Positions 30,455-40,658 of a DNA stretch of 64,000 bases are shown piece by piece. The translations under genes and the position numbers were made by a program. This DNA is from an uncultured Leptospira sp. (lineage in GTDB: Bacteria > Spirochaetota > UBA4802 > JAGODF01). Every line of letters starts with the position of its first letter. Within the stretch, counting starts at the first letter, position 1. The notes below the pieces were generated by a model. That model was given only the letters and a program-made list of their open reading frames with translations, did no database searches and was not told the DNA's origin. The stretch is from the NCBI GenBank assembly GCA_964502925.1, contig CAZCYH010000020.1, positions 442 to 64,441 of the forward strand, written 5' to 3'.

Positions 30455-32248
30455 GTGATGATGTTTTTTAGAAAGGGTGTGTGTATATTCTCCCTCCTTA
30501 TACTACCACTTGTACTGCCTTCATGCAGTGGCTTTGCTCCTCTTTCAGATTTCCAGCAAAACGAAGGATATGGATATAAGCTCTTTGACATTCTGGATAA
30601 TTATCCGTCTCTCTATTCAATGGTGGATTCGCTTGAGCAATATATGGTAAACGATCTTTTATCTGAAGCGGTCAATAGAAAAACTCCTAATTATATCATC
30701 AGCACAAATATTCGTAACGAAACAATTGAAGATCCGACAAAACCGCTTCAAAAGTCATTGCGGGTTGCTCGAAATATCCTGGGGAGGGTACTTAATCAGG
30801 ATAGCCCGGAGCTTAATCGCGAGGATGAAACAACATACCATGCCGAAAACCTGTTCAGGTTTATCGATCTGATGCGTGATGCTGACTTGAAGATTGAAAG
30901 CGATCTTGTGGCGATACTTCGGGCGAAAAGCAATTATATGGTCGATAATTTCGATGCGGCATTCCATACGCTTCTTACGGATGAGGGGATAGAGGACATT
31001 GATGATCCCAATACTGCAATCGAAATGGATCTTAAACAACGTGTCGCAGCGAAAACATTTCTGCAGTGCAATTATCCTCTCTGGCTGGCTCCAGGAGGTG
31101 CAGTGCGTTCCACGAAGGATAGCATTAATGAAGCAACCGATACCAATCTGGGGGTTGGTAATTTGGTGAACGGAAGTATTGCAAAGCTTTTGGCATTGAG
31201 CAATATCATTAAAAACAAACAGGTGCGAGACCTACTTTATGAAATTATACAGCAATCTGGGAAATTCAATACCGCGAAAATCCCTGGAACCGAGAGGGGG
31301 ATGGCGGAGATTATGCAGGATTATCTCCGTGTCACCGAGAGCTATTTTACTATTGGAGGAAAAGAATACGAAACAATTACCGACACGCTCACATCGGGCT
31401 ATCCTTTTAAAATCTATGGCGGACCGATTGATCCAGCGAATACAGCAAACGCACATATTTTTTCAAATGCAGAGGCGCGTCAAATTTCCCTCTCTACCGC
31501 TCCATCTTCTATTTGTATGATGATTCGGGCGGACAGGGAAGGATCGTTGATAAGCCCTGTGAATCCGCTAAAGAAAGTGACGGATGCTGATTATGCAGAT
31601 CCATCAAATAAACATTACTTCCTCGACAAACTCATAGTGAACCTCCGCAGTGTCGGGTTTGACCCCTACGATTCCCATCTCGAAGAGTCTCTTTACGATC
31701 TCATTCGTTTCGATCTGCATGGCAGAGATCGCAAGGATGTCTCCTCGAATGCCTGGTCAGTATCGTTTCTTGAATCGCTTCTCTTTCTTTCCGGTGCGGC
31801 ACAAAATACTGGCTGGGTAGATGGAGGAGATACGAGCGAACGCAGCGAGGGCGCCAACGATGAACATGGCCATGGCAATAGTTGGGAAATTCTATCGTTT
31901 AATGATGGTTTGTTTTCCATGGGAGTACAGCTTACGAAAGCCATGGGGTGTATTGAATCCAGCATATACGATACGGCTTTTCCAAATACCTCGGGAGATA
32001 GAGTGTTTAGGAGCAGCAAAGCTTTTACCTTTGCGAATCGGGCCAATTATCGGTTTTATTATGATCAGAATTATTCGCTTCAGAGCTTTATGAGCGGTCC
32101 CTGCGCCGGCGAGATGGGCATTCCTTCTGGCGGAAATCCAAATGGTTCAACGCCATCCTTGAATGGATATCGGCCATTTACTGCGGACAGCTTCGGAGAC
32201 CGGAATATGGCCCGATGGACGTATTACAATATTGTGCGGGCGTGCTAG
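30455..32248 (+). CDS. giant surface lipoprotein, cassette 1, N-terminal part (ends at an in-frame TAG)
   Basis: Lipoprotein signal MMMFFRKGVCIFSLLILPLVLPSCSG. Paralogous to 44206..45207 plus the N-terminal third of 40659..44318. Confidence 0.7.
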   Translation: MMMFFRKGVCIFSLLILPLVLPSCSGFAPLSDFQQNEGYGYKLFDILDNYPSLYSMVDSLEQYMVNDLLSEAVNRKTPNYIISTNIRNETIEDPTKPLQKSLRVARNILGRVLNQDSPELNREDETTYHAENLFRFIDLMRDADLKIESDLVAILRAKSNYMVDNFDAAFHTLLTDEGIEDIDDPNTAIEMDLKQRVAAKTFLQCNYPLWLAPGGAVRSTKDSINEATDTNLGVGNLVNGSIAKLLALSNIIKNKQVRDLLYEIIQQSGKFNTAKIPGTERGMAEIMQDYLRVTESYFTIGGKEYETITDTLTSGYPFKIYGGPIDPANTANAHIFSNAEARQISLSTAPSSICMMIRADREGSLISPVNPLKKVTDADYADPSNKHYFLDKLIVNLRSVGFDPYDSHLEESLYDLIRFDLHGRDRKDVSSNAWSVSFLESLLFLSGAAQNTGWVDGGDTSERSEGANDEHGHGNSWEILSFNDGLFSMGVQLTKAMGCIESSIYDTAFPNTSGDRVFRSSKAFTFANRANYRFYYDQNYSLQSFMSGPCAGEMGIPSGGNPNGSTPSLNGYRPFTADSFGDRNMARWTYYNIVRAC

Positions 32249-32293
32249 CATGGCGAAGGTCCTTATTACTATGCGCCGAAAAATGCACCTACT

Positions 32294-34807
32294 TTGACGG
32301 CAAACCTTGACGGAACCGGTTCTAAGCTCTGGTACGTATACTACCGGCCTAATGGACTTTTGTATGCATATGTGCACAAAGCAGATTCAAATAATCCGTC
32401 GAGTTGGGTATATCTTGCGCCGGCCGATGGCCATGATAGTGAAGATGCGGACACATCGGTTGTCAATGATGGAAGGGGAAGGCGCCAGCGAACAAACAGA
32501 TTTCAGCACACCTGGTATTCGGATTATTATCTCGTGTGGTACAATAATAATGCTTTAGGTAATGGGAATCGATATGTCGCTCCACGCAACGATGGTACTG
32601 TTAATAGCGTGGAAGTGGGAAGTTCCGTTGAACCAGGCAGATTTGTATTTCACGAAATTCTTCGTTCTTCAAAGAATCATACACGTGAATGCGCTTCGCA
32701 CATAGAAGCGATGTACCGAAATTTTGTGTGGGCGATGAATGAAAAAAAATTCGCAGTAGTGATTCCGTTAAGCCTCCTTGCCACTTTGAACATCAGCGGA
32801 GCCGGATATAAAATCGTCGAGGCAAACGGCACGGCAGGATTGACCTCCGCACGGCGGTATTTTCAGACTGAATCGATGAATCATGTGTGGATTATGCGCG
32901 GTGATAGCGGTGATTCTCTTGGTATTTCCAATATTCCTGGCGATTATCGACAGTCTGTTTTCTGGCAGGCGGGATATTCCACTCTGGGGATAACCCTCGA
33001 TTTGACAAAAGTCTGGACTTCGACATTGTGGGGCTCTTCAACGCCGCCTGTAGTATCTCACAGTGCTCCGGCTATCACGCGTTTTGCATTTCCGCGATTC
33101 AATCTCCTGCGAACTCTGCGCTTTGGTGGTCAGGACAATCAAAATATTTCTTTTAACTTCACTATGGGTTCAGGCCCGGATTGGTTTTCAGCAAGTGAAA
33201 GCGATCCGAACTGGAACCGGCGTAATGGGTTTCTCCCCGTTTTTGTAACACTTCTTGGAACTCTATGGGATTATCAAAACCGAAATTTCGCCGATGAATC
33301 TAACAGGGATCTTGCTCTGAAAAATTTTCAGCGTTTTGGCCAGAATCTAGTAACCATGATCACTCCTCGGTTTTATTATCTGCGGAAAAATACTTCAGCA
33401 ACTAATTTCATGAAAGGAACATGGATTCCACGTATACGCGGTGATTCCGATACTGCCTCTTCGCCGCATTACTTGAAAATGCATAAAGATGCCTGGACAG
33501 TGAAAGGTTGCATCTCCGGCAATAATGCAGGTGGCTGGGATGTCACAACGGCGGGGAATATTATTAATTATCCTGAAGCTTCATTTGGTGGCATGGCACA
33601 ACGGACGTTTTTTCAACCCGAACCGATGCGTACTCTCATTAATCGCCTCTATGATTCTGATATACGGGATCTCACATCGGGAGGACATGTGGATAGGAGG
33701 TGCGATGGGCTGTTGGCATTACTTTCCCAGTATGATGTAACCCGCCCACGAGGCGGTAATAATGAACCTCAGACACGCCTTATCACACATATCTTTGCTC
33801 TACTTACCGTTTTAGCGGGTGAGGAGTTCGATGATCCTGTCAACCTGGATTACAGTGATGAAAATTTTGATGAAAATTTCGAACTATGGGGTATGCGCCG
33901 GCTTCTCTTTTACGCACTTGAACAGTTAGCTACCGGAAATAGAGGAACAAAAGGGAACATTGCGCAACTTATCGAAGAGAAGCCGCCCTTTGGAGTCGTC
34001 TTTCCTTCCTGGATGTTTGTTACCGGGGGTAGCAAAGATGCGAATGGTGAGTACGCAAGCTACTCGAATGTACGCGTAGATGAACCCGTGCTCGATGATG
34101 AATTGCGTGTTGCTATTGGTTATGATGATACCTGGGATCCAAATAATGATCCGAAGTATGGGATGGGACTGGCAACAGTCGATGAGTGGGATGAAATCGA
34201 CTGGGATATATTTGCCAAGAAGGTAGCGATGTCCGGTGAACTGATGAGTGACGGAGGTATAACTGAAGGGAAATACAATATCACTGGTAATCTTATAAAT
34301 ATCATTGAAAATTTCGCCACCAAGGTCACGCCCTCGGCGGATCAGATCAAAGCGATAGTTCATACCATAGGAATAGTACATGCGTATTATGACGGTTCCT
34401 GGCGTTACCCAGATGACATGAAAAAGCTTTCGCTTGAATATGCGAGACGAAAGCTCGAAATTGGACGTGGAAGAGAATTGGAGTCCGCATTGTTTTCCAG
34501 AGAGCTTTTGATAGGGGGTGGGCTTGTGCAGTATATCCTTGAGACGATGGATACACCCTACACGGCTGGAGAAATTTTCAATGATCTCTACCGATTCCTT
34601 GGAGATCCGCTGGTGGCGAATGAAAATTCTTCGCTGTGGAGCGACCTTGTGGAAATGAGCGAGGGACAGATTACGCTCATACAGAGATCAATAGGAGTAG
34701 AACCAGCCAGTCTCTATGAGGATGTAGGCTATCAGTACAATGGTCCGCTGTTCTATGCCGGTGAGATTGACTATTACGGAGATTTGGGCAGAGTGTTATC
34801 ACGCTAA
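32294..34807 (+). CDS. giant surface lipoprotein, cassette 1, C-terminal part
   Basis: Same frame as 30455..32248. The residues after the TAG (HGEGPYYYAPK) align to WNGEGPYYYDPAK in the paralog 40659..44318. No known domain recognised. Confidence 0.7.
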   Translation: MTANLDGTGSKLWYVYYRPNGLLYAYVHKADSNNPSSWVYLAPADGHDSEDADTSVVNDGRGRRQRTNRFQHTWYSDYYLVWYNNNALGNGNRYVAPRNDGTVNSVEVGSSVEPGRFVFHEILRSSKNHTRECASHIEAMYRNFVWAMNEKKFAVVIPLSLLATLNISGAGYKIVEANGTAGLTSARRYFQTESMNHVWIMRGDSGDSLGISNIPGDYRQSVFWQAGYSTLGITLDLTKVWTSTLWGSSTPPVVSHSAPAITRFAFPRFNLLRTLRFGGQDNQNISFNFTMGSGPDWFSASESDPNWNRRNGFLPVFVTLLGTLWDYQNRNFADESNRDLALKNFQRFGQNLVTMITPRFYYLRKNTSATNFMKGTWIPRIRGDSDTASSPHYLKMHKDAWTVKGCISGNNAGGWDVTTAGNIINYPEASFGGMAQRTFFQPEPMRTLINRLYDSDIRDLTSGGHVDRRCDGLLALLSQYDVTRPRGGNNEPQTRLITHIFALLTVLAGEEFDDPVNLDYSDENFDENFELWGMRRLLFYALEQLATGNRGTKGNIAQLIEEKPPFGVVFPSWMFVTGGSKDANGEYASYSNVRVDEPVLDDELRVAIGYDDTWDPNNDPKYGMGLATVDEWDEIDWDIFAKKVAMSGELMSDGGITEGKYNITGNLINIIENFATKVTPSADQIKAIVHTIGIVHAYYDGSWRYPDDMKKLSLEYARRKLEIGRGRELESALFSRELLIGGGLVQYILETMDTPYTAGEIFNDLYRFLGDPLVANENSSLWSDLVEMSEGQITLIQRSIGVEPASLYEDVGYQYNGPLFYAGEIDYYGDLGRVLSR

Positions 34808-34824
34808 AAAAGGGGATTTGAGTT

Positions 34825-36339
34825 ATGAAAGGCAGCATGGCACGTGTAATATTAAGTGGTTTGTTGTTGATGGTTATTAAATATGATGTGTACGCGAGCG
34901 TGTTTGCCGATACCTACGGATATTCGGCAAAGGGTATTGCAATGGGCAATGCCATGACAGCAGTGGTGAATGACTGGTCGTCAGTGTTTTACAATGTATC
35001 CGGCTTGGGGAAAACTAGAGATCTTTATTTAAATGGCTTTGATGACGGTGCGGCAGGCACTTCGCTGACTATAAAGCAGAAAAACGAGGCAGGTAAAAAG
35101 GGACTTAAAGAGAAAACATCGGAAATGTCTTCCTCAGAACCACCGGTTCCTAAAAGCCAGCTTGCAATAAGCTATTTTTACACACAGCCGATGTTCCGTA
35201 TTGATATCAATCGTTATGATGAATCCACCGGCGTTCCTCTTGAGACCAATGGAGCCGAGGATCTGGGATTTGGGGCAATGATACTTGGTGTTGCGTTTGA
35301 TTTAAATGTACTCTTTTCGTTTCCGGATATAATTTCTTCTGCGCGCTTAGGTCTCGGATTAGGATCAATTCAAGGTGGCTATGCGCAGAAGATGAACGAC
35401 ATTGATCAGCGCACGCACAATTTCCTGCGCTACGGAAGAGAGGCGCAAAAATCGGTTATCATTGTTGGATTGGGACTTGGGTTTTTAAATGATGCATTCG
35501 GCATCGGCGTGGGAGGCAATATAACCTTTGCAGGTCAAGGTACTACTATGATTTCCGGTACGGAAGTGGGTCCTGCGGAACAGACACCCATGATCCAGAA
35601 CCGTATGGATCTTCGTACTCAGCCGATGCCCGTGGCAGGTGTCTATGTTAATCCCGGAAAATTTTTCTCTGTTCTTGCAGGGCTTCAGATTGGCGTAGCA
35701 TATCGCCATGAAACGTATGTCCAGATTGATCCGTTTGCGACGCGCAATCAGCTGAAAGTGGGAACTGCAACAATGGACCTCCAGCTTGCGCTTCTGGATT
35801 TTTATACGCCGTTTGTTTTTACCGGTGGCATCGCTTATGATTTTAAAAGAACCGCGATACCTATCCTAAAAGGGATTATTGTATCACTTGAGGTTCAATA
35901 TGAAATGTGGTCGCGCTATAAAAACTCATCTGCCGTTGAAAAATTGTATGCAAAACTGGCTGCTGAAGAGGGTGAGGAGTATCTTCTTCCCGATTTCGAG
36001 GATATCATAGTTCCTAAAATCGGTTTTTCCTACACAGCCGCAAACTGGCTGACACTGTATGCGGGGTATTACTATCAGCCGACATTCGTACCCGATGATG
36101 CAATAAGCGGTTTATTTAACTATCTTGATAACAAAAAACATGTGGGTTCACTGGGAATGACGTTCAGGCTCCCGAATTTCAGCGCGGTGAGAGGTGTTGT
36201 CGAAATTACGTTAGCGTTTCAAGCGCAGTATTTGCAGGAACGGGAAGTGGTAAAAATACATCCCACCGGTTATAATCCAAACTACTGTTTTAGTGGCTGG
36301 AACCCCACTGGCATGATTGAGATATCGCTCAGGCTGTAA
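34825..36339 (+). CDS. FadL/TodX/OmpP1-family outer-membrane channel, cassette 1
   Basis: Signal peptide followed by a FadL-type N-terminal motif (YGYSAKGIAMGNAMTAVVNDWSSVFYNVSGLG). C-terminal aromatic beta-barrel end (MIEISLRL). Confidence 0.75.
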   Translation: MKGSMARVILSGLLLMVIKYDVYASVFADTYGYSAKGIAMGNAMTAVVNDWSSVFYNVSGLGKTRDLYLNGFDDGAAGTSLTIKQKNEAGKKGLKEKTSEMSSSEPPVPKSQLAISYFYTQPMFRIDINRYDESTGVPLETNGAEDLGFGAMILGVAFDLNVLFSFPDIISSARLGLGLGSIQGGYAQKMNDIDQRTHNFLRYGREAQKSVIIVGLGLGFLNDAFGIGVGGNITFAGQGTTMISGTEVGPAEQTPMIQNRMDLRTQPMPVAGVYVNPGKFFSVLAGLQIGVAYRHETYVQIDPFATRNQLKVGTATMDLQLALLDFYTPFVFTGGIAYDFKRTAIPILKGIIVSLEVQYEMWSRYKNSSAVEKLYAKLAAEEGEEYLLPDFEDIIVPKIGFSYTAANWLTLYAGYYYQPTFVPDDAISGLFNYLDNKKHVGSLGMTFRLPNFSAVRGVVEITLAFQAQYLQEREVVKIHPTGYNPNYCFSGWNPTGMIEISLRL

Positions 36340-36362
36340 TATTGCTCCATCTTCAATGACTG

Positions 36363-36620
36363 TTAAAAAAGCGGTGTTGCCGCATCAGACCAGATGAGCG
36401 CTGCATCGTATGAATGCTTTGCTCCTCTTTTCGAGACGACGCGACCTCCGTTCAAGATGAAAATCCTGCCATGCTTGCCGTCTGCGGTTTTAATCATGAT
36501 GCGCAGATTCTGAATGCTGCCGATTTTTAATATTGAGTAGCGCTCCGTAGTATTGTGCCGCTTTTTCAATGTCTTCTACCACAATGCCGATTTGTGAAAC
36601 CGGCGGGAGTTTCATTTTTT
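36363..36620 (-). pseudogene. glyoxalase/VOC-family-like small gene with apparent frameshift
   Basis: QIGIVVEDIEKAAQYYGALL (VOC N-terminal pattern) in ORF 36490..36780 continues in another frame (ORF 36363..36569). Confidence 0.3.
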
Positions 36621-36953
36621 TTAGCAATAATATGTTTTGCTGTGATAGTGCATTGAATGCATCCATGTTTGTTTCCGCCGGAATGATAATTATTCTTTGA
36701 TTTTTAAACAGATTATAGATTAGGATAATGATTTTGCAATACATTTTTTTTGATACGATTGATGCTGGAGGGTTGGTCATAACGCAGTAAACCCATTACG
36801 AATTCGAAGATTATCTTTATAACGAAAACCGTTACTACTTTTAATAAAGAAATTTTGAAAAAAATGTTGGAAATAAATCCTGCGGTATTATGTAGTGTTA
36901 CAGCAATGTAAATAGCAAACTGCGTATTGGTCTATGTATCCGGGGGTGTTGCT

Positions 36954-39116
36954 GTGAAAAAACATATTGTCGCAATCATAGCGTTATTGCTCATTTCGGA
37001 AGCTGCATTCGCCGCGTTTATTGTTGATGATAATTTCAATTATGCACCCATTAGCAATCATCTTGAATATCTTGAAGACCCTTTGGGAAAATTGCAATTT
37101 GAAGAGGTGCGCAAAGGCATATCATGGAACGAAATATATACGGATTCGGTAACTTTCGGCTTCACTCCAAAGACCTACTGGTTTAAATTTTCACTGCAAA
37201 ACGAATCGCAACTTAAAAACTTTCTTTTTGAAATCACCTATCCTCTGCTCGACTCGGTCATTTTTTATAAGCCTGACGGAAAAGGCGGATATACAAAATA
37301 TGAAACAGGAGATAAATTTCCTTTTTCGCACAGGCCTTTTGGCCATGTGTCATTCGTGTTTCCAATTGAACAACAGGGAGGATTGCAAGAATACTATTTT
37401 AGAATTCAAACAACCAGTTCATTTACGTTTTCTGCGAAATTATACAGTATTGCTTCTTTCTTTCAAAAAATGAACGAAGAGCTGCCAGCAATATGGATAT
37501 TCTATGGGCTCATGATAATCATGATTGTATATAATTTTATCATATTCGTTTCAAGCCGCGATTTAAGTTATTTTTACTATTCGCTATTCATTGCCTGCTG
37601 GGTTGTGTTGCAGATGTGCCTCAACGGGTATTCATTCCAGTATTTATGGCCCAATTCGCTCTGGTGGCAGGATAAGGCAAATTCATTTTTTATGGCGATC
37701 ACTTACTTTGCAGTGGGATTGTTTTTCATATATTTCATGGGGCTTGCGCAAAAATACCCAAAAGCCAACATTGTGTGTTGGGCAAGCAGTATCGTTCCTG
37801 GTTTTGTATTAGCAATGGTATCTCTGATTATTCCCTATGCAATATCTATTAAAATAACTGCGGCCTTTTCGGGAATATCAGCGGCAATCCTTTATATTAT
37901 TGGCCTGGTCTTATGGCTGAAATACAAGTCACGGCAGGCTATGTTTGTGCAGTTAGCTTTTTTCGGATTTGTAATTGGTATAGTGCTGTATGTCTTGAAA
38001 ACCTTTGGAGTACTTCCGGCCAACTTCATCACACACTACGGCATCCAGATCGGCGCTACATTAATGATCATTTTGCTTTCTCTGGGGCTTGCCGACAAAA
38101 TCAATACTATGCGGTGCAATCTTCAGGACCTCTTGGATAAGCAAAAAGAAAGCGAGCGCGAAGCCGTAGAAAAAGCAGTTTTTTTAAAGGGGATAGTTAC
38201 AACTGTTAATCTCATCTCGGGAGATTTTACAAAAGTGAGCGGGGAGCTTAGCGAAATCAGCCAGACATTTTCCGAGCTTTCGATGGAGCAGGCATCGACA
38301 AGCGAGCAGATGTCGGCCACATTTGACGAGTTGGTATCGTCGATCGAACGCATTCATGAATCTACACTTCATCAGCAGGAAGAAGGCGAAAAGTCGAAAA
38401 AATACAGCGATGAATTGAGCGAAGCACAGCGCAAAATGGTGAAAGAGAGTATTCAGGTCGCCCGTAGTGTCGAACAGATTTCCCAAGCGGCAAAAACCAC
38501 AGAAGAAAGCCTAACCTCTATGACGAAAAAAATGCAGATCATAAACGATGGTGGCAAGGAAATCGATCAGTTCGTTGCCATTATCGATGATATATCCGAT
38601 AGAATAAACCTGCTTTCTCTCAATGCGGCAATTGAAGCTGCGAGGGCAGGTGAGTACGGTCGCGGTTTTGCTGTAGTTGCAGATGAAATTGGAAAACTTG
38701 CTCAGGCTACCTCGGATAATTCAAAAAGCATTGCCAGTCGCATTAAAACAATTATTGCCGACATAGATGAAGGTGCGAGGCTGGTAATGAGCACGAAAGA
38801 ATCCACCGATGTAATTTTTTCAATGGTGGATACTATCAAGAAGGGAATAGATGAAGTGAAAAATCTGATGGCGGTTCAGAGTAAAACATTGGATACTGTT
38901 GTGAAACAGGCTGGCTTGATTGAAACGCTCTCAAAAGAAGTGGCGGTTTCCACCCAAGAACAAAAAGATTCCATGGTGCAGACATTGCACACAATAGAGC
39001 GACTTTCGGAAATGGCAACGGAGATTTCGGCGGCAAACCAGAGAGTAATCGGCTTCGTTCAGGAAATAAGTCTGAATTCAGAGAAATTAGCCAAAACGGT
39101 TCAAGGCACTGCGTGA
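36954..39116 (+). CDS. 7TMR-DISM (extracellular DISMED2 + 7TM) methyl-accepting chemotaxis-like sensor
   Basis: GTG start with a GGGGGTG RBS and signal peptide [20 protein letters not shown]. Periplasmic domain, 7 TM helices, then the MCP signalling motif [32 protein letters not shown]. Confidence 0.8.
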   Translation: MKKHIVAIIALLLISEAAFAAFIVDDNFNYAPISNHLEYLEDPLGKLQFEEVRKGISWNEIYTDSVTFGFTPKTYWFKFSLQNESQLKNFLFEITYPLLDSVIFYKPDGKGGYTKYETGDKFPFSHRPFGHVSFVFPIEQQGGLQEYYFRIQTTSSFTFSAKLYSIASFFQKMNEELPAIWIFYGLMIIMIVYNFIIFVSSRDLSYFYYSLFIACWVVLQMCLNGYSFQYLWPNSLWWQDKANSFFMAITYFAVGLFFIYFMGLAQKYPKANIVCWASSIVPGFVLAMVSLIIPYAISIKITAAFSGISAAILYIIGLVLWLKYKSRQAMFVQLAFFGFVIGIVLYVLKTFGVLPANFITHYGIQIGATLMIILLSLGLADKINTMRCNLQDLLDKQKESEREAVEKAVFLKGIVTTVNLISGDFTKVSGELSEISQTFSELSMEQASTSEQMSATFDELVSSIERIHESTLHQQEEGEKSKKYSDELSEAQRKMVKESIQVARSVEQISQAAKTTEESLTSMTKKMQIINDGGKEIDQFVAIIDDISDRINLLSLNAAIEAARAGEYGRGFAVVADEIGKLAQATSDNSKSIASRIKTIIADIDEGARLVMSTKESTDVIFSMVDTIKKGIDEVKNLMAVQSKTLDTVVKQAGLIETLSKEVAVSTQEQKDSMVQTLHTIERLSEMATEISAANQRVIGFVQEISLNSEKLAKTVQGTA

Positions 39117-39178
39117 GACGTTAAATATACCCGAGTTTAAAAAAGTAGCAGTTTGATTACATGTGTTTCATCGTCTTT

Positions 39179-40639
39179 TCACAGGCGCATGCTGACTTCC
39201 ATGATTGCCGAGATGCACTGGCCCCCGTATGTGTAGTTGGGGTTCCATGTGGGATCGGGATTTCTTTTAATAACCTCGCGTTCAACAAGATATTGGTATT
39301 GCCCGCTCAGAATGATAGTAAGTGGGCCGCCCATTCCTCCCAATCTGGGTACTGAAATTTTTAACCCGAGTGCGACTGCATGAAGGCTGTTGTCGAGCAG
39401 ATTGAGCCTGCCTTTCATCTCGCTATCTGGAATAAAGCTCGGCTGGTAGTAGTAACCACCCATTATGCTTATCCAGGAAGAGATATTATATGATATGCCT
39501 CCGCGAGGAATAATTATATCATTAAATTTTGGAAGTTTATAATCTTCGCCTAACCTTGATACCGCATCGGCATAAACAATTTCAATTGTTCGTGAAAATT
39601 TATATTTGGACCACATCTGATATTCCACAGCGAGTGTCAACGTCCAGTTTCCTCGTGTATATCCTAAGCCAAATACTACGATATGTGGGGTGTAGTTTTC
39701 AAAAATAGACATGTTCATGGACATTTCCATTCCACCTACAAGCATCGTGGTGCTCGTCTGAAATGGGTAAAGCTCCATGTACGATTCCTGGCGGTAGCAT
39801 GCACCTATCTCAAGGCCTTCTAAAAGCCGAGTGAACTTGCCCGGGGAAACATATATGCCTGCAACAGCTGCCGGAGCTGCCTTCAGGTCAGTGCGCGACT
39901 GGCTTTCGGGCGTTTGTTCCGAAGGCCCCACCTGCACATCAGAAACAAGGACCTTCCCCTCTCCTTTAAAGTTCATGTTTGCACCGAAGCCTATGCCAAA
40001 TGCATCGTTGAGAAAGCCAAATCCGACTCCGGCGATAATAACCGCTTTTTGTGCTTCTCTACCATAACGGAGAAAATTATGAGTCTTCAAATCAATATCA
40101 TTTATGCGGCTGGCGTAACCATCGGAAAGGCTGGAAAGCCCCAGGCCAAAACGTGCTGATGATATAAATTTTGGCAAAGCATACACCTTGTTGATGTCGA
40201 TTGCGAGCCCGATGATGAACATGCCGAACTGGAGATTTTCGTCACCTTTAACTCCTTCCCTGTTGATGTTAATGGCAAACCTTGGTTGTGTGTACAACAT
40301 TGATAGGGATACCTGATTGACAAGATCCTCCGAGTTTTGACCTTGCACTGAATGTTTTTCCGCTGATGATTCTTTTTTTGAGGTTTTGTCATTAAGGGTT
40401 AGAACAGTGCTTTTATGTGTAATATCCGCAGAATAACTTTTTTCCTTGTCCGATTTTGTTCTGCCGAGTCCTGCAATATTGTAAAAAACGGAGGACCAGT
40501 CGCTGACAACAGCCGTGATGGAGTTGCCCATTGCGATGCCGGTTGCCGAATACCCATATGTGTCGGCGAAGTTACTTGCTTCAACAGTTGCAGCAGATAC
40601 AAGGGAAAGCATAATGATTGAAAATATTGTTTTTTTCAT
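39179..40639 (-). CDS. FadL/TodX/OmpP1-family outer-membrane channel, cassette 2
   Basis: Signal peptide MKKTIFSIIMLSLVSAATVEA followed by FADTYGYSATGIAMGNSITAVVSDWSSVFYNIAGLG; ends MEVSMRL. Trimmed from ORF 39179..40765. Confidence 0.75.
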   Translation of the reverse strand: MKKTIFSIIMLSLVSAATVEASNFADTYGYSATGIAMGNSITAVVSDWSSVFYNIAGLGRTKSDKEKSYSADITHKSTVLTLNDKTSKKESSAEKHSVQGQNSEDLVNQVSLSMLYTQPRFAININREGVKGDENLQFGMFIIGLAIDINKVYALPKFISSARFGLGLSSLSDGYASRINDIDLKTHNFLRYGREAQKAVIIAGVGFGFLNDAFGIGFGANMNFKGEGKVLVSDVQVGPSEQTPESQSRTDLKAAPAAVAGIYVSPGKFTRLLEGLEIGACYRQESYMELYPFQTSTTMLVGGMEMSMNMSIFENYTPHIVVFGLGYTRGNWTLTLAVEYQMWSKYKFSRTIEIVYADAVSRLGEDYKLPKFNDIIIPRGGISYNISSWISIMGGYYYQPSFIPDSEMKGRLNLLDNSLHAVALGLKISVPRLGGMGGPLTIILSGQYQYLVEREVIKRNPDPTWNPNYTYGGQCISAIMEVSMRL

Positions 40640-40658
40640 GCCATTTTCTCCATGAGGA

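Noticed and set aside
32249-32251. Stop-codon reassignment or programmed read-through as the explanation for the in-frame TAG/TAA codons
   Set aside because: TAG and TAA terminate many well-defined genes in the window (purQ, adk, atp genes) at positions matching conserved C-termini. Isolated nonsense codons are better explained by mutation or error.
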